DNA from: Nitrososphaerota archaeon
GTDB lineage: Archaea > Thermoproteota > Nitrososphaeria > Nitrososphaerales > UBA57
Direction of reading: 5' to 3'
NCBI GenBank assembly: GCA_027295865.1
Contig: JAPUKB010000099.1
Location: forward strand, 1 to 24,000
DNA: 24,000 bases
A model generated the notes under the pieces. It did no database searches. It saw only the letters and a list, made by a program, of their open reading frames with translations, and was not told where the DNA came from. Every line of letters begins with the position of its first letter. The stretch's first letter is position 1. Position numbers and translations under genes: made by a program. This document shows, one piece after another, positions 1-8,402 of the stretch.

Positions 1-625
1 TTAGCTTATCGAAAAGTTCGTTGCGATCAGTCGCAATAGCACCGCCCTCTCCACTCATTATCACTTTAGAAGCATGGAAACTAAAACAGCCTAGGTCTCC
101 CAGGGTACCTGTATGTTTCCCCTCATACTGCGCCCCAAGAGACTGAGCCGCGTCCTCGATAATAGGTAATCCGTTTTTGATTGCTACTGATCTAATCGAC
201 CTCATGTCCGCGGGGTAACCGTATAGATGAACTGGGATTATGGCGGCGGTATCTGGCGATATTTTCTTTGCAAGATCATCTGGACTCATTGAATAACTAT
301 TCTCTGAGATGTCCACGAAGACAGGCTTCGCGCCTGTTAATAAAACCGCATTAGCAGTAGCTACAAATGAAAAGGAGGGAACAGCCACTTCGTCTCCCGG
401 TCCTATACCGAGCACAAGAAGAGACGCATACAACGCGGAAGTTCCGGAGTTTACAGCGATAACATGCTTACAACCAAGATAGGTCTTCAGAGCTTTTTCA
501 AACGACCTCACTTCGGTTCCTCCTGGTTCCGTCGCTGAGGTAAGGACTTTTCGTCCCAGTACTCTCATGACCGCAATTTTTTCATCTCGGCCGATCATAG
601 GTTGATTAATTGAGATTCTAGTCAT
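1..625 (-). CDS. DegT/DnrJ/EryC1/StrS-family PLP-dependent sugar aminotransferase. Only the N-terminal 208 codons are present; the 3' end runs off the window.
   Basis: Absent from the supplied ORF track because there is no stop codon in the window. My translation from ATG at 625..623 reads MTRISINQPMIGRDEKIAVMRVLGRKVLTSATEPGGTEVRSFEKALKTYLGCKHVIAVNSGTSALYASLL...IEDAAQSLGAQYEGKHTGTLGDLGCFSFHASKVIMSGEGGAIATD. The NSGTxAL, DAAQSxG and FSFHxxK (PLP lysine) motifs are typical of this family. Confidence 0.85.
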   Translation of the reverse strand, partial: MTRISINQPMIGRDEKIAVMRVLGRKVLTSATEPGGTEVRSFEKALKTYLGCKHVIAVNSGTSALYASLLVLGIGPGDEVAVPSFSFVATANAVLLTGAKPVFVDISENSYSMSPDDLAKKISPDTAAIIPVHLYGYPADMRSIRSVAIKNGLPIIEDAAQSLGAQYEGKHTGTLGDLGCFSFHASKVIMSGEGGAIATDRNELFDKL

Positions 626-781
626 AACTTATTCATAACCGGGTGCCCCCGGAATTCAAACCCTAGTGGTCCACTTGCCATTTTCATAGTCGATGAAATC
701 TGATGAGATCCAGCCGGCTCCATTTTCTACAATATTTCTCATCAATGTTATTCAAAAGCGTGACCTCCTAGAATTAACCTA

Positions 782-791
782 CTATTTATAG
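782..791 (+). promoter_or_regulatory. TATA-like box (ctatttatag) about 30 nt upstream of the ATG at 819
   Basis: An AT-rich octamer in otherwise mixed sequence. Its spacing fits an archaeal TATA box driving a leaderless or short-leader mRNA. Confidence 0.4.
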
Positions 792-818
792 AACCTAACA
801 CAATTCGAAAAAAGTGCG

Positions 819-1385
819 ATGGTACAATGGGTGAGTAGTCGTCTATGCAAAATCTCCACATTTCACAGACTTATCTGGCTCCTTTCGGCCAGCGTGATTG
901 TCATTGTTTCGATTTTTGGGGTTGTTGTGGGGCTCATCGAATACATAGAAAGCGGAAGAGTGACCGTCGGTTTAGCGCTGACGGAAATAGAAATACCATT
1001 TCCATATTTCGCCAAGCCAATTACTTATCTAAGCGTTGCAGTGGTGAGTTTTGTCTATACGACGTTACAAATCTATCGACACAAGATTGAATCGTTCTCA
1101 GAGACCACCAAAAGTGCCCTCCTTTTGTTGAGTCTCAGCTTGTCGTTTCTCGCTTCCTATGAGGTATTGTACAACTTCTCAATATGGAATGCATTGATAA
1201 CAGCTGATGCGATCGCGGGCATTGTTAGAATAGATAATCTTGAAATAGCATATCCAAACCCCCAAACACCTTGGAACCTTGTATTCGCAACCAAAATTTT
1301 TTCTGCAGTCACGGGAGCTAGCCTTTACTCGCTATACTTCTTTCTGCACTTGCGGGAAGAGAACGATCTGAATGTGGGGAAATAA
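819..1385 (+). CDS. Hypothetical integral membrane protein (about 4 predicted TM helices)
   Basis: 188-aa ORF with an ATG start. Hydrophobic stretches include LIWLLSASVIVIVSIFGVVVGLI, ITYLSVAVVSFVYTTL, ALLLLSLSLSFLASY and IFSAVTGASLYSLYFFL. A TATA-like box lies upstream. I recognise no family. Confidence 0.55.
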   Translation: MVQWVSSRLCKISTFHRLIWLLSASVIVIVSIFGVVVGLIEYIESGRVTVGLALTEIEIPFPYFAKPITYLSVAVVSFVYTTLQIYRHKIESFSETTKSALLLLSLSLSFLASYEVLYNFSIWNALITADAIAGIVRIDNLEIAYPNPQTPWNLVFATKIFSAVTGASLYSLYFFLHLREENDLNVGK

Positions 1386-1767
1386 TCTCATCATTGGTGT
1401 AGGCAACTAATACGATAATACCAGCAACGATAGCTGCTACGAGACTAGGAATCACGGTCAATATTGTGAAGAGAACGAGTCCCGTTCCAATTAGAATTGA
1501 GGAGGCATACACCTGGTACCCGCTTAATACAAGATTGTAACTGCTTGTAGAAACAACCAGACCTTTCGTGATGGCTCGTCTCCACCCAAGAAAGAGAACT
1601 ATACTTGTGATGATATTAATAATGGAGGTGGCTATCAGCGATAGGGTGGCTTCGCCGATAATCGCAGGGATTCCCCAATACGCCCCAAAAAGTAAGAATG
1701 CGACTACTAGTAGTCTTGATGACGAGCTTTCCGTTCTACTTCCCACAACATTCCCAACTGGAGCCAC
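1318..1767 (-). CDS. Hypothetical integral membrane protein (about 4 TM helices); start ambiguous
   Basis: 149-aa ORF with GTG at 1767 and a second in-frame GTG at 1746. It is strongly hydrophobic (LLVVAFLLFGAYWGIPAIIG, LSLIATSIINIITSIVLFLGW, ILIGTGLVLFTILTVIPSLVAAIVAGIIVLVAY). Its last 68 nt overlap the 3' end of the convergent ORF 819..1385, so one of the two tails may be over-extended. Confidence 0.5.
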   Translation of the reverse strand: MAPVGNVVGSRTESSSSRLLVVAFLLFGAYWGIPAIIGEATLSLIATSIINIITSIVLFLGWRRAITKGLVVSTSSYNLVLSGYQVYASSILIGTGLVLFTILTVIPSLVAAIVAGIIVLVAYTNDEIISPHSDRSLPASAERSIASKG

Positions 1768-1818
1768 TATTTATCCTCTCAAGAAGTTGTTCTTGCCCAT
1801 AATGAGAGGTTTTCGGAT

Positions 1819-4350
1819 TTGAGCTCTCCTCCTCCCGAGGTTGAGAAGGGGCTTGAGTTGAGTGAATCGATCCTTCTTTCAGCTACATATGATGGAACGC
1901 TTGGCAAGGCAGTGATCAAATTCTATCAGCTTCGGGATCAGAGAGTATACCTATGGCATGACGATACAGGACATAAGCCCTACTGTTTCGTTAGAATGGA
2001 GAATATGGATGACGAGCTACGCGCTTCACTCTTGGGTCGGTCAGATGTCAGCGCCATAGATTATGTGGAGAGACGAGACCTTCTCAACGATAAAGTCGTG
2101 AAGCTTGCAAAGATCATAACTCGAGATCCCTTAGTGATTGGAGGATCGGGGGAGAATGCTATCAGAAATATAACAACAGCTTGGGAAGCAGATATCAAGT
2201 ATTATGAAAACTACCTATACGACTCCGGTCTAATCCCTGGTGCGCTCTATGAGGTTCAGAATAGACGTATTATCCCCGTACATTTTGATAGTACATTTCC
2301 CATTGGGAAAGTGCTTACGGGTCGCAATCAGCAAGATGGTGACTTCCATAAAGCTCGTGAAGAGTGGGTTAACCTCCTCAGTCAACCACTTCCAGTTATC
2401 AGGCGAGTGGCACTGGACATAGAGGTAGTCGCTCCTGAGAAAGATCGGCTTCCCAACCCTGATGAGGCAAAACATCCAGTAATCGCTGTCTCGCTAGTAT
2501 CCAACGACGGTCTCAAAGAAGTCTATCTTCTTAATCGTCCGAATACCCAACTCGGATTCAGGTCTGTTGATCCTGAGGTGCAACTGCATCGAGCGGACGA
2601 TGAGACCGTACTTCTGAGCCACCTCTTCAAAAAGATTCAGGAGTACCCATGCATAATTACCTTCAATGGGGATGATTTCGATCTGAGATATCTCTATAAC
2701 CGGGCAAAAGTTATCGGCCTGCAAAGGGCCGATATCCCTATCACGATGGGAAGAGATTTCACATCAATCAAGAATGGAATACATATAGACCTCTATAAAA
2801 CCTTCATCAACAGATCGCTGCAGATCTATGCTTTTGGAAACAGGTACGTCGAACATAGTTTGAACGGAGTTTCTGCTGGCCTTCTGGGTGAGTCTAAGAT
2901 CGAATTTGATGGATTTATTGGCGATCTACCGCTTTACGAACTGGCTAGATATTGCTACCAAGACTCACTGCTGGCTTTCAAGCTGACCAGTTTCGACAAT
3001 GATCTCCTCATGAAGCTACTACTCGTGATCTCAAGAGTCGCGAAAATGCCAATCGACGATGTTTCAAGACTCGGTGTGTCGAACTGGATCAGAAGCATGA
3101 TGTACTTTGAACATCGTAAACGTGGAGCTCTCATTCCGAGAAAGGAAGAATTAGAAAAAATTGGGAGTTCTAGTTCAACGGCAATCATTAAGGGTAAGAA
3201 GTACAAAGGTGGAATGGTAGTGAACCCAACTACGGGGGTTCATTTCAATGTCTCGGTGCTTGATTTCTCAAGCTTGTATCCTAGCATCATCAAGGTCAAC
3301 AATCTATCCTATGAGACTGTGCGCTGCGTGCATCAAGAAGATAAGCTTAACCTCATCAAGGGTACAGATCATTGGATATGTAAGAAGAGAAGAGGGATTT
3401 CGTCTCTGGTGATCGGTTCTTTGAGAGACGTGAGAGTTGATTATTATAAGCAACTCCCTTTGGTGAAAGGGCTGAATGCATCTGAGAAGAGCTTGTATCA
3501 AGTGGTCTCCCAGGCTCTAAAAGTGATACTTAATGCAAGCTATGGTGTAATGGGGGCGGATCTTTACCCACTCTATTGCTTGCCAGTAGCAGATGCCACA
3601 GCGTCCATTGGAAGAAATGTCATCACAGAAACCATAGAAAAAGCTAAGAAAATAGGAATGGAAGTAGTTTACGGTGATACAGACTCACTATTCTTGAAAG
3701 CACCGACCACAGACCAAATTGAACGAATAACAAAGTGGGCTTCAGACGAGCTTGGGGTAGAGCTTGAGCTTGAAAAGACATATCGATATGTCGCGTTCTC
3801 ATCGAGGAAGAAGAATTACCTTGGAGTCATGGCGGACGGAAGTGTCGATATTAAAGGCCTTACCGGAAAGAAGAGTCATGTTCCTCGGTTTATCAGGGAC
3901 GGTTTTTATGATGCGGTGGCTACCCTCAGCAAGGTCAGATCTGAAAGCGACTTTAAGAACGCCACACAGGAGATCAAAGAGGATATCAGAAAAAGGGCGT
4001 TGCGACTGAGACAGGGTGACGTTCCATTGGAGCAACTCGCCTTTCATGTGATGCTAGGTAAGTCGATCGAAGGGTATGCCAAGGGAATCAAGCCTCAGCA
4101 TGTTAGGGCCGCCGAACAATTAAGGGCAATTGGTAAGCGAGAGATCAGAGCAGGAAACATAATCCAATACGTGAAAACTATTGGCAGGGAAGGTGTCAAA
4201 CCTCTGGAACTGGCCAAACCATCTGAAATTGACAAAAAGAAATATGAAGAAATGATGCAAAGCACCTTTGATCAGCTTCTTGATTCACTCGGGTACTCTT
4301 TCGACGAAGTCCTAGGAGCAACAAGGCTCGAGGATCTATTCTGGAAATAA
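1819..4350 (+). CDS. polB: Family B DNA polymerase (archaeal PolB)
   Basis: 843 aa. Exonuclease motifs are LDIEV (Exo I), FNGDDFDLRYL (Exo II) and YCYQDSLL (Exo III). Polymerase motifs are DFSSLYPSII (A), KVILNASYGVMG (B) and YGDTDS (C). All motifs are contiguous, so there is no intein. The only canonical start in the open frame is TTG at 1819. Confidence 0.95.
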   Translation: MSSPPPEVEKGLELSESILLSATYDGTLGKAVIKFYQLRDQRVYLWHDDTGHKPYCFVRMENMDDELRASLLGRSDVSAIDYVERRDLLNDKVVKLAKIITRDPLVIGGSGENAIRNITTAWEADIKYYENYLYDSGLIPGALYEVQNRRIIPVHFDSTFPIGKVLTGRNQQDGDFHKAREEWVNLLSQPLPVIRRVALDIEVVAPEKDRLPNPDEAKHPVIAVSLVSNDGLKEVYLLNRPNTQLGFRSVDPEVQLHRADDETVLLSHLFKKIQEYPCIITFNGDDFDLRYLYNRAKVIGLQRADIPITMGRDFTSIKNGIHIDLYKTFINRSLQIYAFGNRYVEHSLNGVSAGLLGESKIEFDGFIGDLPLYELARYCYQDSLLAFKLTSFDNDLLMKLLLVISRVAKMPIDDVSRLGVSNWIRSMMYFEHRKRGALIPRKEELEKIGSSSSTAIIKGKKYKGGMVVNPTTGVHFNVSVLDFSSLYPSIIKVNNLSYETVRCVHQEDKLNLIKGTDHWICKKRRGISSLVIGSLRDVRVDYYKQLPLVKGLNASEKSLYQVVSQALKVILNASYGVMGADLYPLYCLPVADATASIGRNVITETIEKAKKIGMEVVYGDTDSLFLKAPTTDQIERITKWASDELGVELELEKTYRYVAFSSRKKNYLGVMADGSVDIKGLTGKKSHVPRFIRDGFYDAVATLSKVRSESDFKNATQEIKEDIRKRALRLRQGDVPLEQLAFHVMLGKSIEGYAKGIKPQHVRAAEQLRAIGKREIRAGNIIQYVKTIGREGVKPLELAKPSEIDKKKYEEMMQSTFDQLLDSLGYSFDEVLGATRLEDLFWK

Positions 4351-4368
4351 GCAATAGGCGGACGGCTG

Positions 4369-4379
4369 TTTTTAAATAA
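4369..4379 (+). promoter_or_regulatory. T5 tract after the polB stop, merging into a TATA-like box (tttaaataa) about 26 nt upstream of the dys ATG at 4401
   Basis: The sequence is ctgtttttaaataag. Oligo-T is the usual archaeal termination signal, and the TATA spacing favours ATG 4401 over GTG 4389 as the dys start. Confidence 0.4.
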
Positions 4380-4400
4380 GATTGGTAAGTGGTTCTGGTA

Positions 4401-5375
4401 ATGCACTCTGATCTTAGAAATCAATCCAAAGTCGAGCCACTTAGCATCTGGCCACGTATGACAGTGAATGATCTAGTGACAGAGATGGGAAAATCAGGTG
4501 CATTCATGGCAGGCATGTTATCTAAGGCTGTTGACACATACGAACGAATGATTAGGGACAATGCATACGTTTTCCTTTCTCTGTCAGGCGCGCTTATCCC
4601 GGCAGGAATGAGTCGAGTGCTTATAGAGCTGGTTAATCGAAAATTGGTCAATTGTATTGTAACTACAGGAGCAAACCTGGTACACGACGTCATGATGGCG
4701 TATGGTGGGACGTTTTTCAAGGGGTCTCCGCTGTTGAAGGACGATCTACTCCTGGAAAAAAAAATCGACCGGATTTATGATGTTTTGGTATCAGAAGATG
4801 AATTTGTATCTAAATTCGATGAGCCCTTGCTCGAACTTTATGATGACATATCCATCAAAAGAAAAGGCGAGGTCCTTTCAATTAGCGAATTAATCAATGA
4901 AGTCGCTCAGAGAATTCCTGATAAGCCGGAATCATTGCTCAAGAGTTGCTATAAGCAAGGAGTAAAAATCTTCGTTCCCACGATTCACGACTCTGTGTTC
5001 GGCTTACAGGCTGCAATTTTCAACAGGAAAAATCCTGGTAGGCTGACGGTAGACGTTTTCAAGGACCTTCAGGATATTTGGACTATTCGTGAAGAAGCAT
5101 CGAAAACAGGCGCCATTATCCTTGGAGGAGGTGTCCCCAAAAATTTTGTTTTCCAATCTTTTTACTTTGGCGACAAGAAGCTGGACTATGTGGTTCAAGT
5201 GACCTTGGATAGACCTGAGACAGGGGGTCTATCCGGGGCTCCCCCTGACGAAGCAGTGTCCTGGGGGAAGATTCGACCTGACGCTAGTATGGTTGTCGTA
5301 GTAGGCGAAGTTACTATGGTCCTTCCTATGATGGCGTCCGCACTGATCGAAAGATTGGAAAAAAATAAGAAATGA
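4401..5375 (+). CDS. dys: Deoxyhypusine synthase
   Basis: Family-typical sequence includes FLSLSGALIPAGM, NCIVTTGANLVHD, IDRIYDVLV, ILGGGVPKNF and DEAVSWGKI. The ORF track opens at GTG 4389; I prefer ATG 4401 (MHSDLRN...) because of the upstream TATA spacing. Confidence 0.92.
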   Translation: MHSDLRNQSKVEPLSIWPRMTVNDLVTEMGKSGAFMAGMLSKAVDTYERMIRDNAYVFLSLSGALIPAGMSRVLIELVNRKLVNCIVTTGANLVHDVMMAYGGTFFKGSPLLKDDLLLEKKIDRIYDVLVSEDEFVSKFDEPLLELYDDISIKRKGEVLSISELINEVAQRIPDKPESLLKSCYKQGVKIFVPTIHDSVFGLQAAIFNRKNPGRLTVDVFKDLQDIWTIREEASKTGAIILGGGVPKNFVFQSFYFGDKKLDYVVQVTLDRPETGGLSGAPPDEAVSWGKIRPDASMVVVVGEVTMVLPMMASALIERLEKNKK

Positions 5376-6253
5376 GTGCAAAGAACCTTTACATCTCAGC
5401 GGACCCCCTCGCCAAAATCACCAACACCGGGGTCGACCCACTTGTCGCGTTATTGGGGGTTCCCTTTGATGCAACATCAACATATAGGACTGGTGCCCGG
5501 TTCGGACCGAACGCGATTAGAGAAGCGTTCTTGAATATTGAAATATATTCAAGAAGGCTGGGAGTTGATCTGGAAAGTCGTAGCATCGATGACCTTGGGA
5601 ATCTAACAAGAATCGGGTCGGTAAACAGAATGAGTCAGATGGTCGAAGAAGTAACAAGAGAGATTATTTCCAAGGGATTAGTCCCCGCAATCCTTGGTGG
5701 AGAGCACTCGATCACGAACGGAGCATTTCGAGCAGTGGACAAGAATTGTGCGTTGGTGGTATTTGATGCACACCTTGATCTAAGGTCGGAGTTCGAGGGT
5801 TTGCAGCTCAGCCACGCCACTTTCTTGAGGAGACTGGTTGATGATGGGGTACCGTCGAAGGTCATACATGTTGGCGCTCGAGCCGCCACTAAATCGGAGT
5901 GGGATTTTGTAGCAGAAGGGGGCATTGTTACAATAGAAGCGCAGATGATACGCCATCTTCAAGAGGCCCTGGATGAATTTGAAAGAAGCTTAACGGGTTT
6001 TGAGAAAATTTACGTTAGTATTGATCTTGATGTGGTTGACCCTGGCTTTGCGCCAGGGGTCGCGAATCCTGAGACTGACGGCATCTCTCCCCGTGATCTC
6101 CTGGATTTTTTGTATATCTTACAGAGGAAGTCAATAGTTGGCTTTGACATAGTTGAGCTTTGTCCAACATATGACAACGGGTCCACTTCAACTCTCGCCG
6201 CTAAACTGCTTCTCGAATTGTCATGCCTTATCGAATTAAAGCGAACTAGATAG
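5372..6253 (+). CDS. speB: Agmatinase (arginase/ureohydrolase family)
   Basis: Metal-binding motifs of the arginase family are present: GGEHSIT, DAHLDL and SIDLDVVDPGFAPG. The ATG overlaps the dys stop (ATGA, 4-nt overlap). Confidence 0.9.
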   Translation: MSAKNLYISADPLAKITNTGVDPLVALLGVPFDATSTYRTGARFGPNAIREAFLNIEIYSRRLGVDLESRSIDDLGNLTRIGSVNRMSQMVEEVTREIISKGLVPAILGGEHSITNGAFRAVDKNCALVVFDAHLDLRSEFEGLQLSHATFLRRLVDDGVPSKVIHVGARAATKSEWDFVAEGGIVTIEAQMIRHLQEALDEFERSLTGFEKIYVSIDLDVVDPGFAPGVANPETDGISPRDLLDFLYILQRKSIVGFDIVELCPTYDNGSTSTLAAKLLLELSCLIELKRTR

Positions 6254-6257
6254 GGAT

Positions 6258-8114
6258 CTAGCTATATTTTGCCCGTTTAGACACCATGCGAGGCAGTGGT
6301 AGGGGCTCTTTAGAATGACCAACAGTCAAGGTCTGCCATTCCCGCTCGAGGTCCTCTACGGTCATCGAAATCATCTCCTTCTTCTCTCGATCTCTCACTT
6401 GGAGAATTCCGCTGTGAGTTTCATTCTTACCTATCACCACGATGAACTTTATCCACTCCTTCTCAGCATCTCTCACTTTTTTACCCACTGAGGACTGCCT
6501 ATCATCCACGTCAACACGAAGACCCTTCTCAGCTATTATGTCAGCAAACTCGATTGCCTTTGATAGGTAGTCCTCGGATATAGGGATAAGCCTCACCTGG
6601 GTTGGCGACAACCAGAAAGGAAGACTCGGCACAATTCCCAATTCTTGAGCCTTTGCCGCTCTCTCGAGAAATGCATAGATGCATCGTTCGATTGCGCCAC
6701 TAGGGGAATTATGTAAGATTACAGGGTTCTTCGGCGATCCCTGCTCGTCCGTGTAAGTTATCCCATATCTCTCGGCGTTCTCGACATCAATTTGATCTGT
6801 AGACAAGGCGGACGCTTTCCCATTGCTGTCGATGAAATTAAATTCCCACTTAAAGATAAAATAAAAGAATCTTTCCTTCCATACTTCCATCAGGACTGGG
6901 CGCCCCCACATCTTTACCAGTTTATTTACAAATTCGAAATTCTTGTTATAGAACTCTTCAGTTACTCGAATTGCAAGCTCGTAATCCCTATCTTCGAGTC
7001 CAATTCCCCGGAGTACAGTCCTTGATAAGTCAAACCTGATTAGGACCTCTTCCATCGCTGCGCTCATATCCTTACATAAGGCGTGGCAATCGGGCATTGT
7101 GAAAGCCCTTAGACGTCTCAGTCCTACAAGCTCTCCTCTTTTCTCCCGTCTGAAGCTATACCTCGTAAGCTCATAGAGCTTCAATGGAAGCTGCCTATAG
7201 GAGAACTGAGCATCTTTCGCCATTAGGAATTGACCGAAACAGGCACTGAATCTCAAGAACAGATCCTTTTCGTCGGACCTTATCAGATACTGTCGAGCAG
7301 GGAAACGCTTCAGATAGTCTTTGAGGCTTGGGTGGCTTGAATCATACATAATCGGAGTCTCCACCTCCACTGCGCCATACCGTTTCACCATCTTTGTGAC
7401 ATAGTTTTCCAGAAGAGATTTCACGAATCGGCCTTTTGGGTAGAACCTAAGGTTTCCCGAATCGGATCCCATTTCGTAATCGGCCAAGCCAAGGCGGCGC
7501 ATTAGAGAAATATGGGGTGCGCTGGTGCTCGCGACCCGGGATTTGCCTTGCTCATACTCAGAGAGTTTCTTTAGCTGATCTCTACCCGAAAAATCATAAC
7601 TGTCTAGGCTGGTCGTGTCCCCGTTAGGGCTGAGGATGTGGAATGAAGACCTTGGCTTACTTTCGAGTTCCAAAGCCTCCAGGACATTTTCGTCAGTTGA
7701 CCCAATTCCTGATATGGTCTTGGCCTGTTCCGCTAAAGGGTGCCCCTTTACACTGATGGTAAACGATTTTGTCCAGCCAAATGGCCCTCGATGAACTTCG
7801 TAGCCTTTGTTTTCTAGTTGAGAGGTCAGTTCCTTCAATACCTGGAGGGCGGCATCTGGAGCGGCCAGACTAGTGCTTAGATGAGAGTAGGGATAGATTA
7901 GAATTCTACGCGCTCTAAGATTCTCAAATGAGATGGCTAATTCGTCCGCAGCTTTCGTCGCTGTGTCCCTATCGTCAGCCTCTTCAATAGTCGTGAACAC
8001 AACCACAACTTCGGTTACCTTAACTCTCTCCGTTCTGACAGCTTCAGCTTTTTCAATCTCTTTCTTTATCGGTTGATACTCCATATAGTTAGCGTGTAGT
8101 TGAAGGATCCTCAT
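6258..8114 (-). CDS. thrS: Threonyl-tRNA synthetase, archaeal type with fused N-terminal editing domain
   Basis: 618 aa. The N-terminus (MRILQLHANYMEYQPIKKEI...ILIYPYSHLS) matches the archaeal ThrRS editing domain. The class II core includes FRREKRGELVGLRRLRAFTMPDCH (motif 2) and GAIERCIYAFLE (motif 3), followed by a C-terminal anticodon-binding region. GGAG lies 5-8 nt upstream of the ATG. Confidence 0.95.
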   Translation of the reverse strand: MRILQLHANYMEYQPIKKEIEKAEAVRTERVKVTEVVVVFTTIEEADDRDTATKAADELAISFENLRARRILIYPYSHLSTSLAAPDAALQVLKELTSQLENKGYEVHRGPFGWTKSFTISVKGHPLAEQAKTISGIGSTDENVLEALELESKPRSSFHILSPNGDTTSLDSYDFSGRDQLKKLSEYEQGKSRVASTSAPHISLMRRLGLADYEMGSDSGNLRFYPKGRFVKSLLENYVTKMVKRYGAVEVETPIMYDSSHPSLKDYLKRFPARQYLIRSDEKDLFLRFSACFGQFLMAKDAQFSYRQLPLKLYELTRYSFRREKRGELVGLRRLRAFTMPDCHALCKDMSAAMEEVLIRFDLSRTVLRGIGLEDRDYELAIRVTEEFYNKNFEFVNKLVKMWGRPVLMEVWKERFFYFIFKWEFNFIDSNGKASALSTDQIDVENAERYGITYTDEQGSPKNPVILHNSPSGAIERCIYAFLERAAKAQELGIVPSLPFWLSPTQVRLIPISEDYLSKAIEFADIIAEKGLRVDVDDRQSSVGKKVRDAEKEWIKFIVVIGKNETHSGILQVRDREKKEMISMTVEDLEREWQTLTVGHSKEPLPLPRMVSKRAKYS

Positions 8115-8135
8115 TTACTCCGCCGACTGTCCGAT

Positions 8136-8342
8136 TCACACGTAACGAACGCGATCAAGCTTCCTGGCAGACTTGGTTTCCTTCTTCCAAGTCTTATAAT
8201 GGCCCACGCAGAGATAAATACGTCGCGAAGATTCAGAGACCTGAAGATCGGTTCCTTTGAGACTATTCTTACTTAAGGACCGGAAACCAGAAACAGAACA
8301 ATTCACAACCGAACAGTCGATCCCTTTGCTCACTTTACCCAT
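8136..8342 (-). CDS. Small basic Cys/His protein (68 aa), putative zinc-binding; function unknown
   Basis: I start it at the internal ATG: MGKVSKGIDCSVVNCSVSGFRSL...IYLCVGHYKTWKKETKSARKLDRVRYV. This gives a C-x4-C ... C-x2-H arrangement with a Lys/Arg-rich tail. ATG 8342 lies about 30 nt from the TATA-like box at 8367..8382. Its stop is 21 nt upstream of the thrS ATG on the same strand. Confidence 0.5.
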   Translation of the reverse strand: MGKVSKGIDCSVVNCSVSGFRSLSKNSLKGTDLQVSESSRRIYLCVGHYKTWKKETKSARKLDRVRYV

Positions 8343-8366
8343 TTGACGTTTGGTATTCAGACTTCT

Positions 8367-8382
8367 CTTAATATATATTGAT
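8367..8382. promoter_or_regulatory. Bidirectional AT-rich TATA-like element (ttaatatatattgatc) between divergent genes
   Basis: The (at)n core is nearly palindromic. It lies about 30 nt from ATG 8342 on the minus strand and about 25-30 nt from 8399..8403 on the plus strand, where the conserved CDP-alcohol transferase frame opens. Confidence 0.45.
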
Positions 8383-8402
8383 CCTGAGAGCAAGAGCGGT
8401 GA

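Noticed and set aside
645-660. Short GC-rich inverted repeat ccgggtgcccccgg upstream of the DegT-like gene
   Set aside because: It has only a 5-bp stem, which is expected by chance in 24 kb, and there is no supporting context for a regulatory hairpin.
656-742. 28-codon minus-strand sORF (MRNIVENGAGWISSDFIDYENGKWTTRV) and nearby TGATGA sequences resembling C/D-box sRNA C boxes, in the spacer upstream of the DegT-like gene
   Set aside because: The sORF is too short to support without conservation data. The TGATGA elements lack a properly spaced CTGA D box and terminal stem, so there is no credible C/D sRNA.
1568-1822. 84-aa plus-strand ORF ending at the polB start
   Set aside because: It is antisense to the hydrophobic membrane ORF 1318..1767. 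Its own sequence is not protein-like. It would need the ATG at 1568, which has no promoter-like context.
4756-4764. A9 homopolymer inside dys, a possible frameshift or slippage site
   Set aside because: The reading frame is intact across it (GAA AAA AAA ATC = EKKI) and conserved dys sequence continues on both sides. There is no evidence of a frameshift.
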